This document shows positions 19,740 to 28,530 of a DNA stretch of 59,320 bases, piece after piece. The notes beneath the pieces are model-generated. The model ran no database searches. It saw only the letters and a program-made list of their open reading frames with translations, and was not told the origin of the DNA. How positions within the stretch are numbered: position 1 is the first letter of the stretch; each line of letters begins with the position of its first letter. This DNA is from Acutalibacteraceae bacterium (GTDB taxonomy: Bacteria; Bacillota; Clostridia; Oscillospirales; Acutalibacteraceae): positions 1-59,320 of the forward strand of contig JAZNBQ010000044.1 of NCBI GenBank assembly GCA_045587065.1, given 5' to 3'. The position numbers and the translations under genes are program-made.

Positions 19740-20903
19740 ATGCAGGTTTGTGATAATTCGTTATGTACGGGTTGTGGGGTTTGTGCAGATGCCTGTCCTA
19801 CAGGTTGCATAAATATCGAATATGATAACAACGGCTTTCTACAAAGTTATGTGGATGATGATAAGTGCATCGGCTGTAATAAATGCAAAAAGGTTTGTTC
19901 CGCGCTTAACCCTAATATTAATAACCAAATTTCTAGGGCATATAAGATAAGAAGAAATGACAATGAGGCGATTATCGATAGTACATCAGGCGGTGTTGCA
20001 GCATTAATTTCTGAATATATCATAAGCAACGGAGGAGTAGTTGTTGGCTGCGGCTTCGATGATAACCTTGTGCTTAAACATAGTGTTGCTGAAAACCCAT
20101 TAGAATTAGAAACTTTCAAAGGTTCTAAATATGTTCAAAGCAAAACGAGGGGAATTTATCGTGAAGTTAAAGATTTGCTAAAGCTTGAGAAAACGGTTTT
20201 ATTTATTGGAACTCCATGCCAAACCTCAGCGTTGCAGAATTTTTTAGGACAGAATTATGATAATCTATATATTATTGATTTGGTTTGTCACGGAGTTTCT
20301 TCTCAAAAAGCGCTGGATAAGTATATTGAATATATTGAGCACAAGACAAATGAAAGGATAATATCAGTTAAATTTAGAAATAAAGATAACGGATATAAGA
20401 ACTGTGCAAAAAACGAACTTCAATTCATATATAAAGACGGAGCTTATAGTGTGCCGTACGATAGCGGCATTGTTCTTTGGTTTGCGTCAAGCCTAAGTAT
20501 TAGAGAAAGCTGTTATAAATGCAATTTTGTAAGCACAAAGCGCAGCTCGGATTTAACACTTGCAGATTATAACGGTGATGACTTTTCCAAGGAAGATACT
20601 TTGTTTGGGGTTTCAACCGTTTTTGTAAATAGTGATAAAGGTCGTCAGTTGTTAAGCAAAATTAAAGACAGTGCTAAAATAGAAGAAAAAAATATGGACT
20701 CTTGTATTAATCGATGCACCAGGCTATATAAGTATTCCGATAGACCAAGTGTAAGAAATAAGTTTTTTGCTGATTTAAACAAAAAAGACGTATATCAATT
20801 ATCTAAAATATATTCGTTGAGAAAAATATTGCCTTGTAAGGTGGTTCTTTATATTAGAGCAATTGAAAAAAGAATTTCAAGAATATTGAACAGAAAAAGG
20901 TAG
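19740..20903 (+). CDS. FrhB-like (coenzyme F420 hydrogenase/dehydrogenase beta-subunit-like) protein with N-terminal 2x[4Fe-4S] ferredoxin motifs
   Basis: CTGCGVCADACP and CIGCNKCKKVC ferredoxin motifs, followed by an FrhB-type body (GTPCQ..., LVCHG). Confidence 0.7.
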   Translation: MQVCDNSLCTGCGVCADACPTGCINIEYDNNGFLQSYVDDDKCIGCNKCKKVCSALNPNINNQISRAYKIRRNDNEAIIDSTSGGVAALISEYIISNGGVVVGCGFDDNLVLKHSVAENPLELETFKGSKYVQSKTRGIYREVKDLLKLEKTVLFIGTPCQTSALQNFLGQNYDNLYIIDLVCHGVSSQKALDKYIEYIEHKTNERIISVKFRNKDNGYKNCAKNELQFIYKDGAYSVPYDSGIVLWFASSLSIRESCYKCNFVSTKRSSDLTLADYNGDDFSKEDTLFGVSTVFVNSDKGRQLLSKIKDSAKIEEKNMDSCINRCTRLYKYSDRPSVRNKFFADLNKKDVYQLSKIYSLRKILPCKVVLYIRAIEKRISRILNRKR

Positions 20904-20907
20904 GTAT

Positions 20908-22437
20908 ATGAGTAATTCTTCAAAACAAATTAAAACTGGGGCGATAATGTCATATATTGCGATAGCCTTTAATATGCTGTCGGGATTAATATATACACCT
21001 TGGATGATAAAACAAATCGGGCAAGAAAATTACGGTCTTTATACTCTTGCAACATCGCTTATAACCCTTTTCGTAATGGATTTTGGAATGAGCGCAGCTG
21101 TTACACGTTTTGTTTCAAAATATAACGCCGAAGGCAAGCAGGAGAAGGTAAACAATTTTTTAGGTATTGTTTATAAGCTTTATCTTGCTATTGATGCCAT
21201 TATTTTTGTGGTATTAATTGTAGCAGGTTGTTTTACCGGTACAATATATGAGAATTTAACGGCATCCGAGCTTGAAACCTTTAAGGTGCTATACGTAATT
21301 GTAGGTTTGTTTACGGTTGTTTCCTTCCCCTTTACAAATCTTAATGGTATACTTACCGCATACGAACAATTTGTTGGTCTTAAAATTGCAGACCTGTTTC
21401 ATAAGGCTTTTATAATTGTTGCTATGGTAATAGCTCTGCTTTTGGGTTATGGCGTTTATGCTCTTGTTGTCGTAAATGCGCTTTCAGGACTTCTTACCAT
21501 TGCAATTAAGTTAGTAATAATAAAGAAGAAAACAAAGGTAAAAGTTAATTTTAAATATAAGGACAAAGGACTGCTTAAAGAAATTTTTGGGTTTTCTGTA
21601 TGGGTTATGATTGGTAGCCTTGCACAAAGACTTGTTTTTAATATTACTCCATCAATAATTGCCGCGGTTTCCACAACAGGAACTGTAGGAATTGCAATTT
21701 TCAGTATGAGCCAGACAATAGAAGGTTATATCTACACCTTCGCAACGGCAACTAACGGCATGTTTATGCCGAGAATTTCAAAAATATTGCATAACGGAAA
21801 GAAAGATACTGAACTGATGTCTCTGCTGGTTAAGGTAGGCCGAATACAATGTCTTATAATAGGACTTTTAGTTGCTGGTTTTATAGCTGTTGGTCGTTCT
21901 TTTATTGTTGATATTTGGCATAGACCCGAATTCGCAGAGAGTTATATATGTGCAGTGCTTTTGATAATTCCGTGCTTCTTTGACTTGCCGATGCAAATTG
22001 CTAACACCACCCTTGTTGTTGAAAATAAAATAAAATTGCGTTCATATGTATTCGTAATAACAGGCATTATAAATATTGCGCTTTCATTTGTTTTGTCAAA
22101 GCATTTAGGGGCGCTTGGTGCATCAATATCTATATTTATAGCACAAATAATAAGACCTATACTTATGGCAATGATAAACCATAAAGTTTTGAAGATTAAT
22201 ATGTTCAAATTTGTTAAAGAAACCTTTATTAAACTTATGCCACCGATGTTATTGGCAATGTTAATAGGTCTTGCGCTTGAACATTTTAATCCCCTTGCAC
22301 ACGGCGTTTTGCGTTTTGCCATAAACTCTCTTGTTTTTGTAACTGCGTTTATCGCTTTTGTAATGTTTAAACTTAATGATTATGAGAAAAATCTATTTTT
22401 CGGGAAACTGAAAAAACTTGTAAAAAAAAGTATATAA
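20908..22437 (+). CDS. wzx: Wzx-type oligosaccharide flippase (MOP superfamily)
   Basis: 509 aa with about 12-14 TM helices. N-terminal KTGAIMSYIAIAFNMLSGLIYTPWMIKQIGQENYGLY is typical of polysaccharide flippases. Confidence 0.8.
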   Translation: MSNSSKQIKTGAIMSYIAIAFNMLSGLIYTPWMIKQIGQENYGLYTLATSLITLFVMDFGMSAAVTRFVSKYNAEGKQEKVNNFLGIVYKLYLAIDAIIFVVLIVAGCFTGTIYENLTASELETFKVLYVIVGLFTVVSFPFTNLNGILTAYEQFVGLKIADLFHKAFIIVAMVIALLLGYGVYALVVVNALSGLLTIAIKLVIIKKKTKVKVNFKYKDKGLLKEIFGFSVWVMIGSLAQRLVFNITPSIIAAVSTTGTVGIAIFSMSQTIEGYIYTFATATNGMFMPRISKILHNGKKDTELMSLLVKVGRIQCLIIGLLVAGFIAVGRSFIVDIWHRPEFAESYICAVLLIIPCFFDLPMQIANTTLVVENKIKLRSYVFVITGIINIALSFVLSKHLGALGASISIFIAQIIRPILMAMINHKVLKINMFKFVKETFIKLMPPMLLAMLIGLALEHFNPLAHGVLRFAINSLVFVTAFIAFVMFKLNDYEKNLFFGKLKKLVKKSI

Positions 22438-22450
22438 AGGAGACGAAAAC

Positions 22451-23497
22451 ATGTCACTTTTTAAAGGAAAGACTTTGCTTATTACCGGTGGTACCGGTTC
22501 TTTCGGCAACGCGGTATTAAACCGATTTTTAACTACCGATATTGGAGAAATCCGTGTTTTTTCCCGAGATGAGAAAAAACAGGACGATATGCGTCACGAA
22601 TATCAGTCCAAGTACCCAAAATACTCTGATAAAATTAAATTTTACATCGGAGACGTAAGAGATTTACAGAGCGTAAAATCTGCTATGTACGGGGTGGACT
22701 ATATTTTCCACGCTGCCGCTTTAAAACAGGTTCCTTCCTGCGAGTTCTTCCCAATGGAAGCGGTAAGAACCAACGTTATCGGTACCGACAACGTGTTAAC
22801 TGCGGCTATTGAAGCAGGGGTTAAAAACGTTGTTTGCCTTTCTACCGACAAGGCGGCATACCCTGTTAACGCTATGGGAATTTCCAAGGCTATGGAAGAA
22901 AGAGTGTCTGTTGCCAAGGCTCGCACAGTAGATCCCAAGGCAACTAAAATTTGTTGTACACGTTACGGCAACGTTATGTGCAGCCGCGGTTCTGTAATTC
23001 CTCTTTGGATTGAACAAATAAGAAAAGGACAACCCATAACCATTACCGAGCCTACTATGACAAGATTTATAATGAGTCTTGACGAGGCAGTTGACCTTGT
23101 GCTCTTTGCCTTTGAAAAGGGTGTTAGCGGAGATATTTTAGTTCAAAAAGCACCTGCTTGTACCATTGAAACACAGGCCAAAGCAGTTTTAGAGCTTTTT
23201 GACAAAGAAAGAAGAAGCGAAATTAAGATTATCGGCATTCGCCATGGTGAAAAAATGTATGAGACTCTTCTTACCAACGAGGAATGTGCAAATGCTATCG
23301 ATTTAGGCAATTTCTATCGTGTTCCTTGTGATAAGAGAGACCTAAATTACGACAACTACTTTACCAACGGCGACAAAGACCGTAATCCTTTAACCGAGTT
23401 CAATTCTAACAATACAGACCTTTTAGACGTGGAGCAGGTTAAGGAAAAATTGTTGCAACTTTCTTACATAAGAGAAGAATTAGCAAAAGAGGAATAG
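22451..23497 (+). CDS. fnlA: UDP-GlcNAc 4,6-dehydratase/5-epimerase (CapE/FnlA/WbjB)
   Basis: KTLLITGGTGSFGNAVLNRFL...IRVFSRDEKKQDDMRHEY...HAAALKQVPSCEFFPMEAV...TRYGNVMCSRGSVIPL; collinear with S. aureus CapE as I recall it. Confidence 0.9.
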   Translation: MSLFKGKTLLITGGTGSFGNAVLNRFLTTDIGEIRVFSRDEKKQDDMRHEYQSKYPKYSDKIKFYIGDVRDLQSVKSAMYGVDYIFHAAALKQVPSCEFFPMEAVRTNVIGTDNVLTAAIEAGVKNVVCLSTDKAAYPVNAMGISKAMEERVSVAKARTVDPKATKICCTRYGNVMCSRGSVIPLWIEQIRKGQPITITEPTMTRFIMSLDEAVDLVLFAFEKGVSGDILVQKAPACTIETQAKAVLELFDKERRSEIKIIGIRHGEKMYETLLTNEECANAIDLGNFYRVPCDKRDLNYDNYFTNGDKDRNPLTEFNSNNTDLLDVEQVKEKLLQLSYIREELAKEE

Positions 23498-23498
23498 T

Positions 23499-24647
23499 AT
23501 GAAAATTTTAGTTACCGGAGCAAAAGGCTTTGTTGGAAAAAATCTTGTCGCTTCTCTTAACAATTTAAAAGAGGGCAAGGACAGAACACGCCCAGACCTT
23601 AGAATTGATGAGGTTTTTGAGTTTGACCTTGACACTTCAAAGGAACTTTTAGAGGAATATGCGAAAAAGGCGGACTTTGTCTTTAATCTTGCAGGGGTAA
23701 ACCGCCCCAAAGAGACGTCTGATTTTATGGAGGGCAATTTTGGTTTTGCAGACAGCCTTTTAGGGCTTTTAAAAAAGCATAACAATACCTGTCCTGTAAT
23801 GATTAGTTCTTCTATTCAGGCCTCTCTTGATAATGACTACGGCAAGTCTAAAAAAGCAGGAGAAGACCTTTTGTTTCAGTACGGCAAAGATACAGGCGCC
23901 AAGGTTTTAGTTTATCGTTTCCCAAATCTTTTTGGGAAATGGTGCAGACCAAATTATAATAGCGCCGTTGCTACCTTTTGTAACAACATTGCAAATGATT
24001 TGCCCATTCAGGTAAATAATAGAGAAACCCTTTTAACCTTAGTTTACATAGACGACCTTGTAGAAGAGATGATAAACGCTCTTGAAAACAAAGAGACAAA
24101 AGAAGGAGATTTCTGTAAGGTTAAATGCGAACATAAGGTTACCTTGGGAGAAATTGTAGATTTGCTTTACTCTTTTAAAGAGCAACCAAGCACACTTATG
24201 ATGCCCCAAATTCCTAAAAATTCTTTTGCTAAAAAGCTATATTCTACATATCTTTCATATCTTCCAAAGGAAAAAATATCTTTTCCTTTAAAAATGAACG
24301 TAGATAGTCGCGGAAGTTTTACCGAGCTTTTAAAAACAAAAAACTGCGGACAGTTTTCGGTTAATATTTCAAAGCCATCTATCACTAAAGGAGAACACTG
24401 GCATCATACAAAGTGGGAGTTTTTTATAGTGGTTTCCGGCCACGGCCTTATTAAACTTCGCAAAATTGGAAGCGACGAGGTTATAGAATTCGAGGTTTCG
24501 GGAGAAAAAATCGAGGCGATACATATGCTTCCAGGTTACACCCATAACATTATTAACCTTTCAGATACCCAGGATTTAGTAACTGTAATGTGGGCTAACG
24601 AAGAGTTTGACCCAAGCAAACCTGATACGTTTTTTGAAACTGTTTAA
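23499..24647 (+). CDS. fnlB: CapF/FnlB/WbjC-type reductase (SDR N-domain plus cupin C-domain)
   Basis: MKILVTGAKGFVGKNL Rossmann N-domain. The C-terminal cupin reads RGSFTELLK...GEHWHHTKWEFF. Confidence 0.85.
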   Translation: MKILVTGAKGFVGKNLVASLNNLKEGKDRTRPDLRIDEVFEFDLDTSKELLEEYAKKADFVFNLAGVNRPKETSDFMEGNFGFADSLLGLLKKHNNTCPVMISSSIQASLDNDYGKSKKAGEDLLFQYGKDTGAKVLVYRFPNLFGKWCRPNYNSAVATFCNNIANDLPIQVNNRETLLTLVYIDDLVEEMINALENKETKEGDFCKVKCEHKVTLGEIVDLLYSFKEQPSTLMMPQIPKNSFAKKLYSTYLSYLPKEKISFPLKMNVDSRGSFTELLKTKNCGQFSVNISKPSITKGEHWHHTKWEFFIVVSGHGLIKLRKIGSDEVIEFEVSGEKIEAIHMLPGYTHNIINLSDTQDLVTVMWANEEFDPSKPDTFFETV

Positions 24648-24662
24648 GAGGAGCACAAATTA

Positions 24663-25844
24663 GTGACAACCGGACAACAAGCTTTATTAGAGCTTTTGAA
24701 TATCAGTGCAGGTAAGGAATCAAATTTTGACTTTTCTGCACTTTCCATAGAAGAGTGGCGTGCGGTTTATGCGGAGAGCTGTTACCATTCGGTGGTAATA
24801 AGCGCATTTGACGGTACAGAAAACATTTCTGAAACGCCTGAGCTCATAAAGAACAAGTGGCTTTTTGACGTAGGACGCGCCATATGCCGTAATGAAAAAA
24901 TAAGAATTAACGGCAAATATCTTGATGAATTATTGTCGGAAAACGGCCTTAACTATATAATATTAAAAGGCTTTGCATCCGCATCGTATTATCAAGATCC
25001 TGATAAGCGTATGCTTGGAGACCTCGACTTTTTGGTAGCTTCAGAGCAGAGACAAGAGGTTGAGGAACTTCTTGTGAAAGAGGGCTTTAACAAAAGCCTG
25101 GAAGGACATTCTCACCACACTCTTTTTCAAAAAGAAGGTGCAGATTTTGAAATGCACCACAGAGTTGCGGGAATACCTGACGGAAAAGCAGGCAAGGTGT
25201 TTAGCGAGTTTTTTGCGGACGCTTTGTCAAAATTTATCGACGATGGTTTTCACAACCCCTTGCCTGAGATTCACGGTGCGGTAATTCTTCTACATACCAT
25301 CCATCATATGACTGTAGATGGCTTGGGTCTTAGACATTTATGCGATTTCGCATATTTTGTAGATAAAACTGCAAAGGAACCGTTTTGGGAGGAAAAATTA
25401 CTTCCTCTTTTCAAAGAGAGCGGAACGTTGTGTTTTGCCGCCGCAATAACCAAAACCTGCGCAAAATACTTAAAGACTGCCTGTCCTGATTGGGCAGAGG
25501 CGGTGCCGGATTCACTATGTGATGATATTATCTTTGATATAATGTCCCTTGGCACCTTCGGCAGAAAAAACGAAGAGCGCAGAGCCGCAGGAAGAATGAC
25601 GGTTAAAAGCGGTAAAAAGGGTAAGCTTGCTGCTATGCTTCACACCCTGCATAATACAATGCATACTACTTGTCCTATACTTGGCAAGGTTCCCATTTTG
25701 TATCCTTTTTGCTTTGTTTACAGAATAATTAAGTATCTTGTGCTTTCTGTTTTAGGCAAAAAGAAGTCTATTTTAAAAATTAGCGCAGAAGCCGATTCAC
25801 GCAATAAGATATATGATAAGTTACACATTTTTGAGGTGAAATAA
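24663..25844 (+). CDS. Uncharacterised nucleotidyltransferase family protein (NTP_transf_5 / PF14907-like)
   Basis: GTG start after AGAGGAG. IILKGFASASYYQDPDKRMLGDLDFLVASEQRQEVEELLVKEGF...HHTLF...EMHHRV matches the family's hallmark pattern. Confidence 0.7.
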   Translation: MTTGQQALLELLNISAGKESNFDFSALSIEEWRAVYAESCYHSVVISAFDGTENISETPELIKNKWLFDVGRAICRNEKIRINGKYLDELLSENGLNYIILKGFASASYYQDPDKRMLGDLDFLVASEQRQEVEELLVKEGFNKSLEGHSHHTLFQKEGADFEMHHRVAGIPDGKAGKVFSEFFADALSKFIDDGFHNPLPEIHGAVILLHTIHHMTVDGLGLRHLCDFAYFVDKTAKEPFWEEKLLPLFKESGTLCFAAAITKTCAKYLKTACPDWAEAVPDSLCDDIIFDIMSLGTFGRKNEERRAAGRMTVKSGKKGKLAAMLHTLHNTMHTTCPILGKVPILYPFCFVYRIIKYLVLSVLGKKKSILKISAEADSRNKIYDKLHIFEVK

Positions 25845-27029
25845 ATGGAAATGAAATTTGATTACAGTGACGTGGGTTTCAAAGAAAACGGCAAATTAAA
25901 ACTTTTAATAATAGTAGGTACAAGACCTGAGATAATTCGTCTTGCCGCCGTTATAAAAAAATGCCGTAAGTATTTTGACTGTATTTTAGCTCATACAGGT
26001 CAGAATTACGATTACAATCTAAACGGCGTTTTCTTTGAGGATTTAAAGCTTGATGCTCCTGAGGTTTATATGGATGCGGTAGGAGATGACCTGGGTGCAA
26101 CAGTTGGAAATATTATTAACTGTTCCTACAAGCTTATGAATCAGATTAAACCGGACGCGCTTCTCATTTTGGGAGATACCAACTCTTGTCTTTCGGCAAT
26201 TGCTGCAAAACGACTTCATATTCCTATTTTCCATATGGAAGCAGGAAACAGGTGCAAGGACGAATGTCTGCCTGAAGAGACCAACCGCAGAATAGTTGAT
26301 ATTATATCTGACGTTAACCTTGCCTATAGTGAACACGCAAGAAAATATCTTCACGAGTGCGGTCTGCCCAAAGAGAGAGTTTACGTAACAGGCTCTCCAA
26401 TGGCAGAGGTGCTGAGTGAAAATTTAAAAGAGATAGAAAAGTCCGATATACTTAAAAAACTTTCTCTTAAAAAGGGTAAATATATTCTTCTGTCTTGTCA
26501 CAGAGAGGAAAATATTGATACCGAAAAGAATTTCCTCTCGCTTTTCAGTGCTATTAATAAAATTGCAGAAAAATATGATATGCCTGTTTTATATTCTTGT
26601 CATCCACGCTCTAAAAAGCGTCTGGAGGAAAATGGATTCAAGCTTGATAGCAGAGTAATCTGCCACGAGCCCCTTGGATTTCATGATTACAACTCTCTTC
26701 AGATGAATGCTTTTGCGGTAATTTCCGATTCAGGCACTCTTCCTGAGGAAAGCTCTTTCTTTACTTCTATAGGAAAGCCTTTCCCTGCAGTTTGCATCAG
26801 AACTTCAACAGAAAGGCCTGAGGCTCTTGACAAGGCTTGTTTTGTACTTGCAGGAATTGACGAAAAATCTCTTCTTCAGGCGGTAGAAACTGCGGTTACT
26901 GCAAATAGTGACGGAGATTTTGGCATACCTGTTCCTGATTATGTTGACACCAACGTTTCCACTAAGGTGGTAAAACTTATTCAGTCTTATACAGGTGTAG
27001 TAGATAAAATGGTTTGGAGAAAATTTTAA
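25845..27029 (+). CDS. fnlC: UDP-N-acetylglucosamine 2-epimerase, non-hydrolysing (CapG/FnlC/WbjD)
   Basis: KLLIIVGTRPEIIRLAAVI, HTGQNYD, GDTNSCL, HMEAGNR, DSGT. Confidence 0.9.
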   Translation: MEMKFDYSDVGFKENGKLKLLIIVGTRPEIIRLAAVIKKCRKYFDCILAHTGQNYDYNLNGVFFEDLKLDAPEVYMDAVGDDLGATVGNIINCSYKLMNQIKPDALLILGDTNSCLSAIAAKRLHIPIFHMEAGNRCKDECLPEETNRRIVDIISDVNLAYSEHARKYLHECGLPKERVYVTGSPMAEVLSENLKEIEKSDILKKLSLKKGKYILLSCHREENIDTEKNFLSLFSAINKIAEKYDMPVLYSCHPRSKKRLEENGFKLDSRVICHEPLGFHDYNSLQMNAFAVISDSGTLPEESSFFTSIGKPFPAVCIRTSTERPEALDKACFVLAGIDEKSLLQAVETAVTANSDGDFGIPVPDYVDTNVSTKVVKLIQSYTGVVDKMVWRKF

Positions 27030-27958
27030 TGGAAATACTAAAAATTAAACCTGCCTACAAAGATTATCTTTGGGGCGGAGAAAGACTCAAAAAAGAGTAC
27101 GGCAAGGAGACAGATATGTCTCCCTTGGCAGAAAGTTGGGAGTTAAGCGTTCACCCGGATGGCCCTAGCGTAATTGTTGGAGGCGAATATGACGGAAAGA
27201 CCTTAAAAGAGTATTTAGACGAAAATCCAACTGCTTTAGGCGAGGCAAACTCTACGGGAGAGCTGCCTATTCTTATTAAACTTATAGATGCCGAGGACAA
27301 TTTAAGCATTCAGGTACATCCTGATAACGAAATGGCTAAAGAGCTTGAAAACCAAAACGGCAAGACAGAAATGTGGTACGTTGTGGATGCAAAGCCTGAC
27401 GCCAAAATTATTTTTGGTATGAAAGAGGACACCCAAAAGAGTGTTGTAGAAAAGGCAATAAAGGAAAACACAGTGCTTGACCTTCTTTCTGTAAACGATT
27501 CTAAAAAAGGAGACGTTTTCTTTGTTGAGGCAGGTACTATTCACGCCATTGGTAAGGGCAACCTTATTGCAGAAATTCAGCAAAACTCCAACGTTACATA
27601 TAGACTTTACGATTACAACCGTAAAGGTAAAGACGGCAAAACAAGAGAACTGCATATAGAAAAAGGCCTTAAAGCCTCAGATACCAAGGCGGTTAAAAAC
27701 CACGAAACACCAAGCCTTTCAGACGGCACAAGACTTTTAGCCTCTTGCGAATATTTTGCAGTTAGAGAATTAAAGTTAAACGGCGAGTTTACCTTTAACA
27801 CAACCAAGAAAAGCTACTGCGCTCTCTTAAACGTGGGCGGCAGTTCAAAGATAGACGGGGAAGATTTCTCCCAAGGCCAGTGCCTCTTTATTCCTGCCGC
27901 CGACGGACAGGTAAAACTGGAAGGTAACAGCACAATTCTTATAACAGAGACTTTATAA
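27014..27958 (+). CDS. manA: Class I mannose-6-phosphate isomerase
   Basis: YKDYLWGGERL, ESWELSVHPDG, PILIKLIDAEDNLSIQVHPD, HAIGKGNLIAEIQQNSNVTYRLYDYNR. It overlaps fnlC by 16 nt. Confidence 0.9.
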   Translation: MEKILMEILKIKPAYKDYLWGGERLKKEYGKETDMSPLAESWELSVHPDGPSVIVGGEYDGKTLKEYLDENPTALGEANSTGELPILIKLIDAEDNLSIQVHPDNEMAKELENQNGKTEMWYVVDAKPDAKIIFGMKEDTQKSVVEKAIKENTVLDLLSVNDSKKGDVFFVEAGTIHAIGKGNLIAEIQQNSNVTYRLYDYNRKGKDGKTRELHIEKGLKASDTKAVKNHETPSLSDGTRLLASCEYFAVRELKLNGEFTFNTTKKSYCALLNVGGSSKIDGEDFSQGQCLFIPAADGQVKLEGNSTILITETL

Positions 27959-28423
27959 TATTCTAATTATTTTTTTACATTGTTTTATAGCGTAGTCAAG
28001 GGCGATTTTGGTGCCGCTTTTGCGAGTGGTTGGAGCGCTCTGCTCGTCATAATAAACTATGCAATAATGGCTATTATCTATCATCTCATAATTACGCTCA
28101 ACATAAGAGGCTCTGCCTGAATTCAATATCTTTTCGGAGAAATAAGTGTCATCGTAGCTTTCCAGCAAATAATTTTTATAATCCTCACTTATGTATGGAT
28201 ATTCTGCTCGCACATAAATTCGTTTTATGTGCGGGTATTTTTCTTTTATTTTGGTAACAGTTTCGCGGCACAGGCTATTGAATCGGCTTTTACTACCAAA
28301 TAGAAAAGTATCGACTTCTTTCTCGATAATAAGCTTCTCAACTGTGTTGAAAAGTTTTAATTTTAGTTCCTCGGTTTCATTTATATTTCTATGTCCAAAA
28401 AAGCAACAAGTATTTTTCTTCAT
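27953..28423 (-). CDS. SLOG-fold DUF1273 (YpsA-like) family protein
   Basis: MKKNTCCFFGHRNI N-terminus and 156-aa size are typical of DUF1273. RBS is AAGGGGA. The stop overlaps the manA stop convergently. Confidence 0.7.
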   Translation of the reverse strand: MKKNTCCFFGHRNINETEELKLKLFNTVEKLIIEKEVDTFLFGSKSRFNSLCRETVTKIKEKYPHIKRIYVRAEYPYISEDYKNYLLESYDDTYFSEKILNSGRASYVERNYEMIDNSHYCIVYYDEQSAPTTRKSGTKIALDYAIKQCKKIIRIL

Positions 28424-28439
28424 AACATTCCCCTTAAAA

Positions 28440-28468
28440 GATTATAGATATACAGTGTATCTATAATC
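28440..28468. promoter_or_regulatory. 29-bp near-perfect palindrome (putative operator with TATAAT hexamers on both strands)
   Basis: GATTATAGATATACAGTGTATCTATAATC, 13 of 14 arm positions complementary. It lies in the divergent SLOG/RHH intergenic region. Confidence 0.6.
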
Positions 28469-28494
28469 AACATTGTAACACATAATGTATTTAA

Positions 28495-28517
28495 AATAAA
28501 CATACAATATGTTTATT
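28495..28517. promoter_or_regulatory. Perfect 10-bp inverted repeat (putative operator) just upstream of the RHH gene RBS
   Basis: AATAAACATA-caa-TATGTTTATT, ending 3 nt before GAGGTG and 14 nt before ATG 28531. Confidence 0.55.
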
Positions 28518-28530
28518 ACGAGGTGAATTT

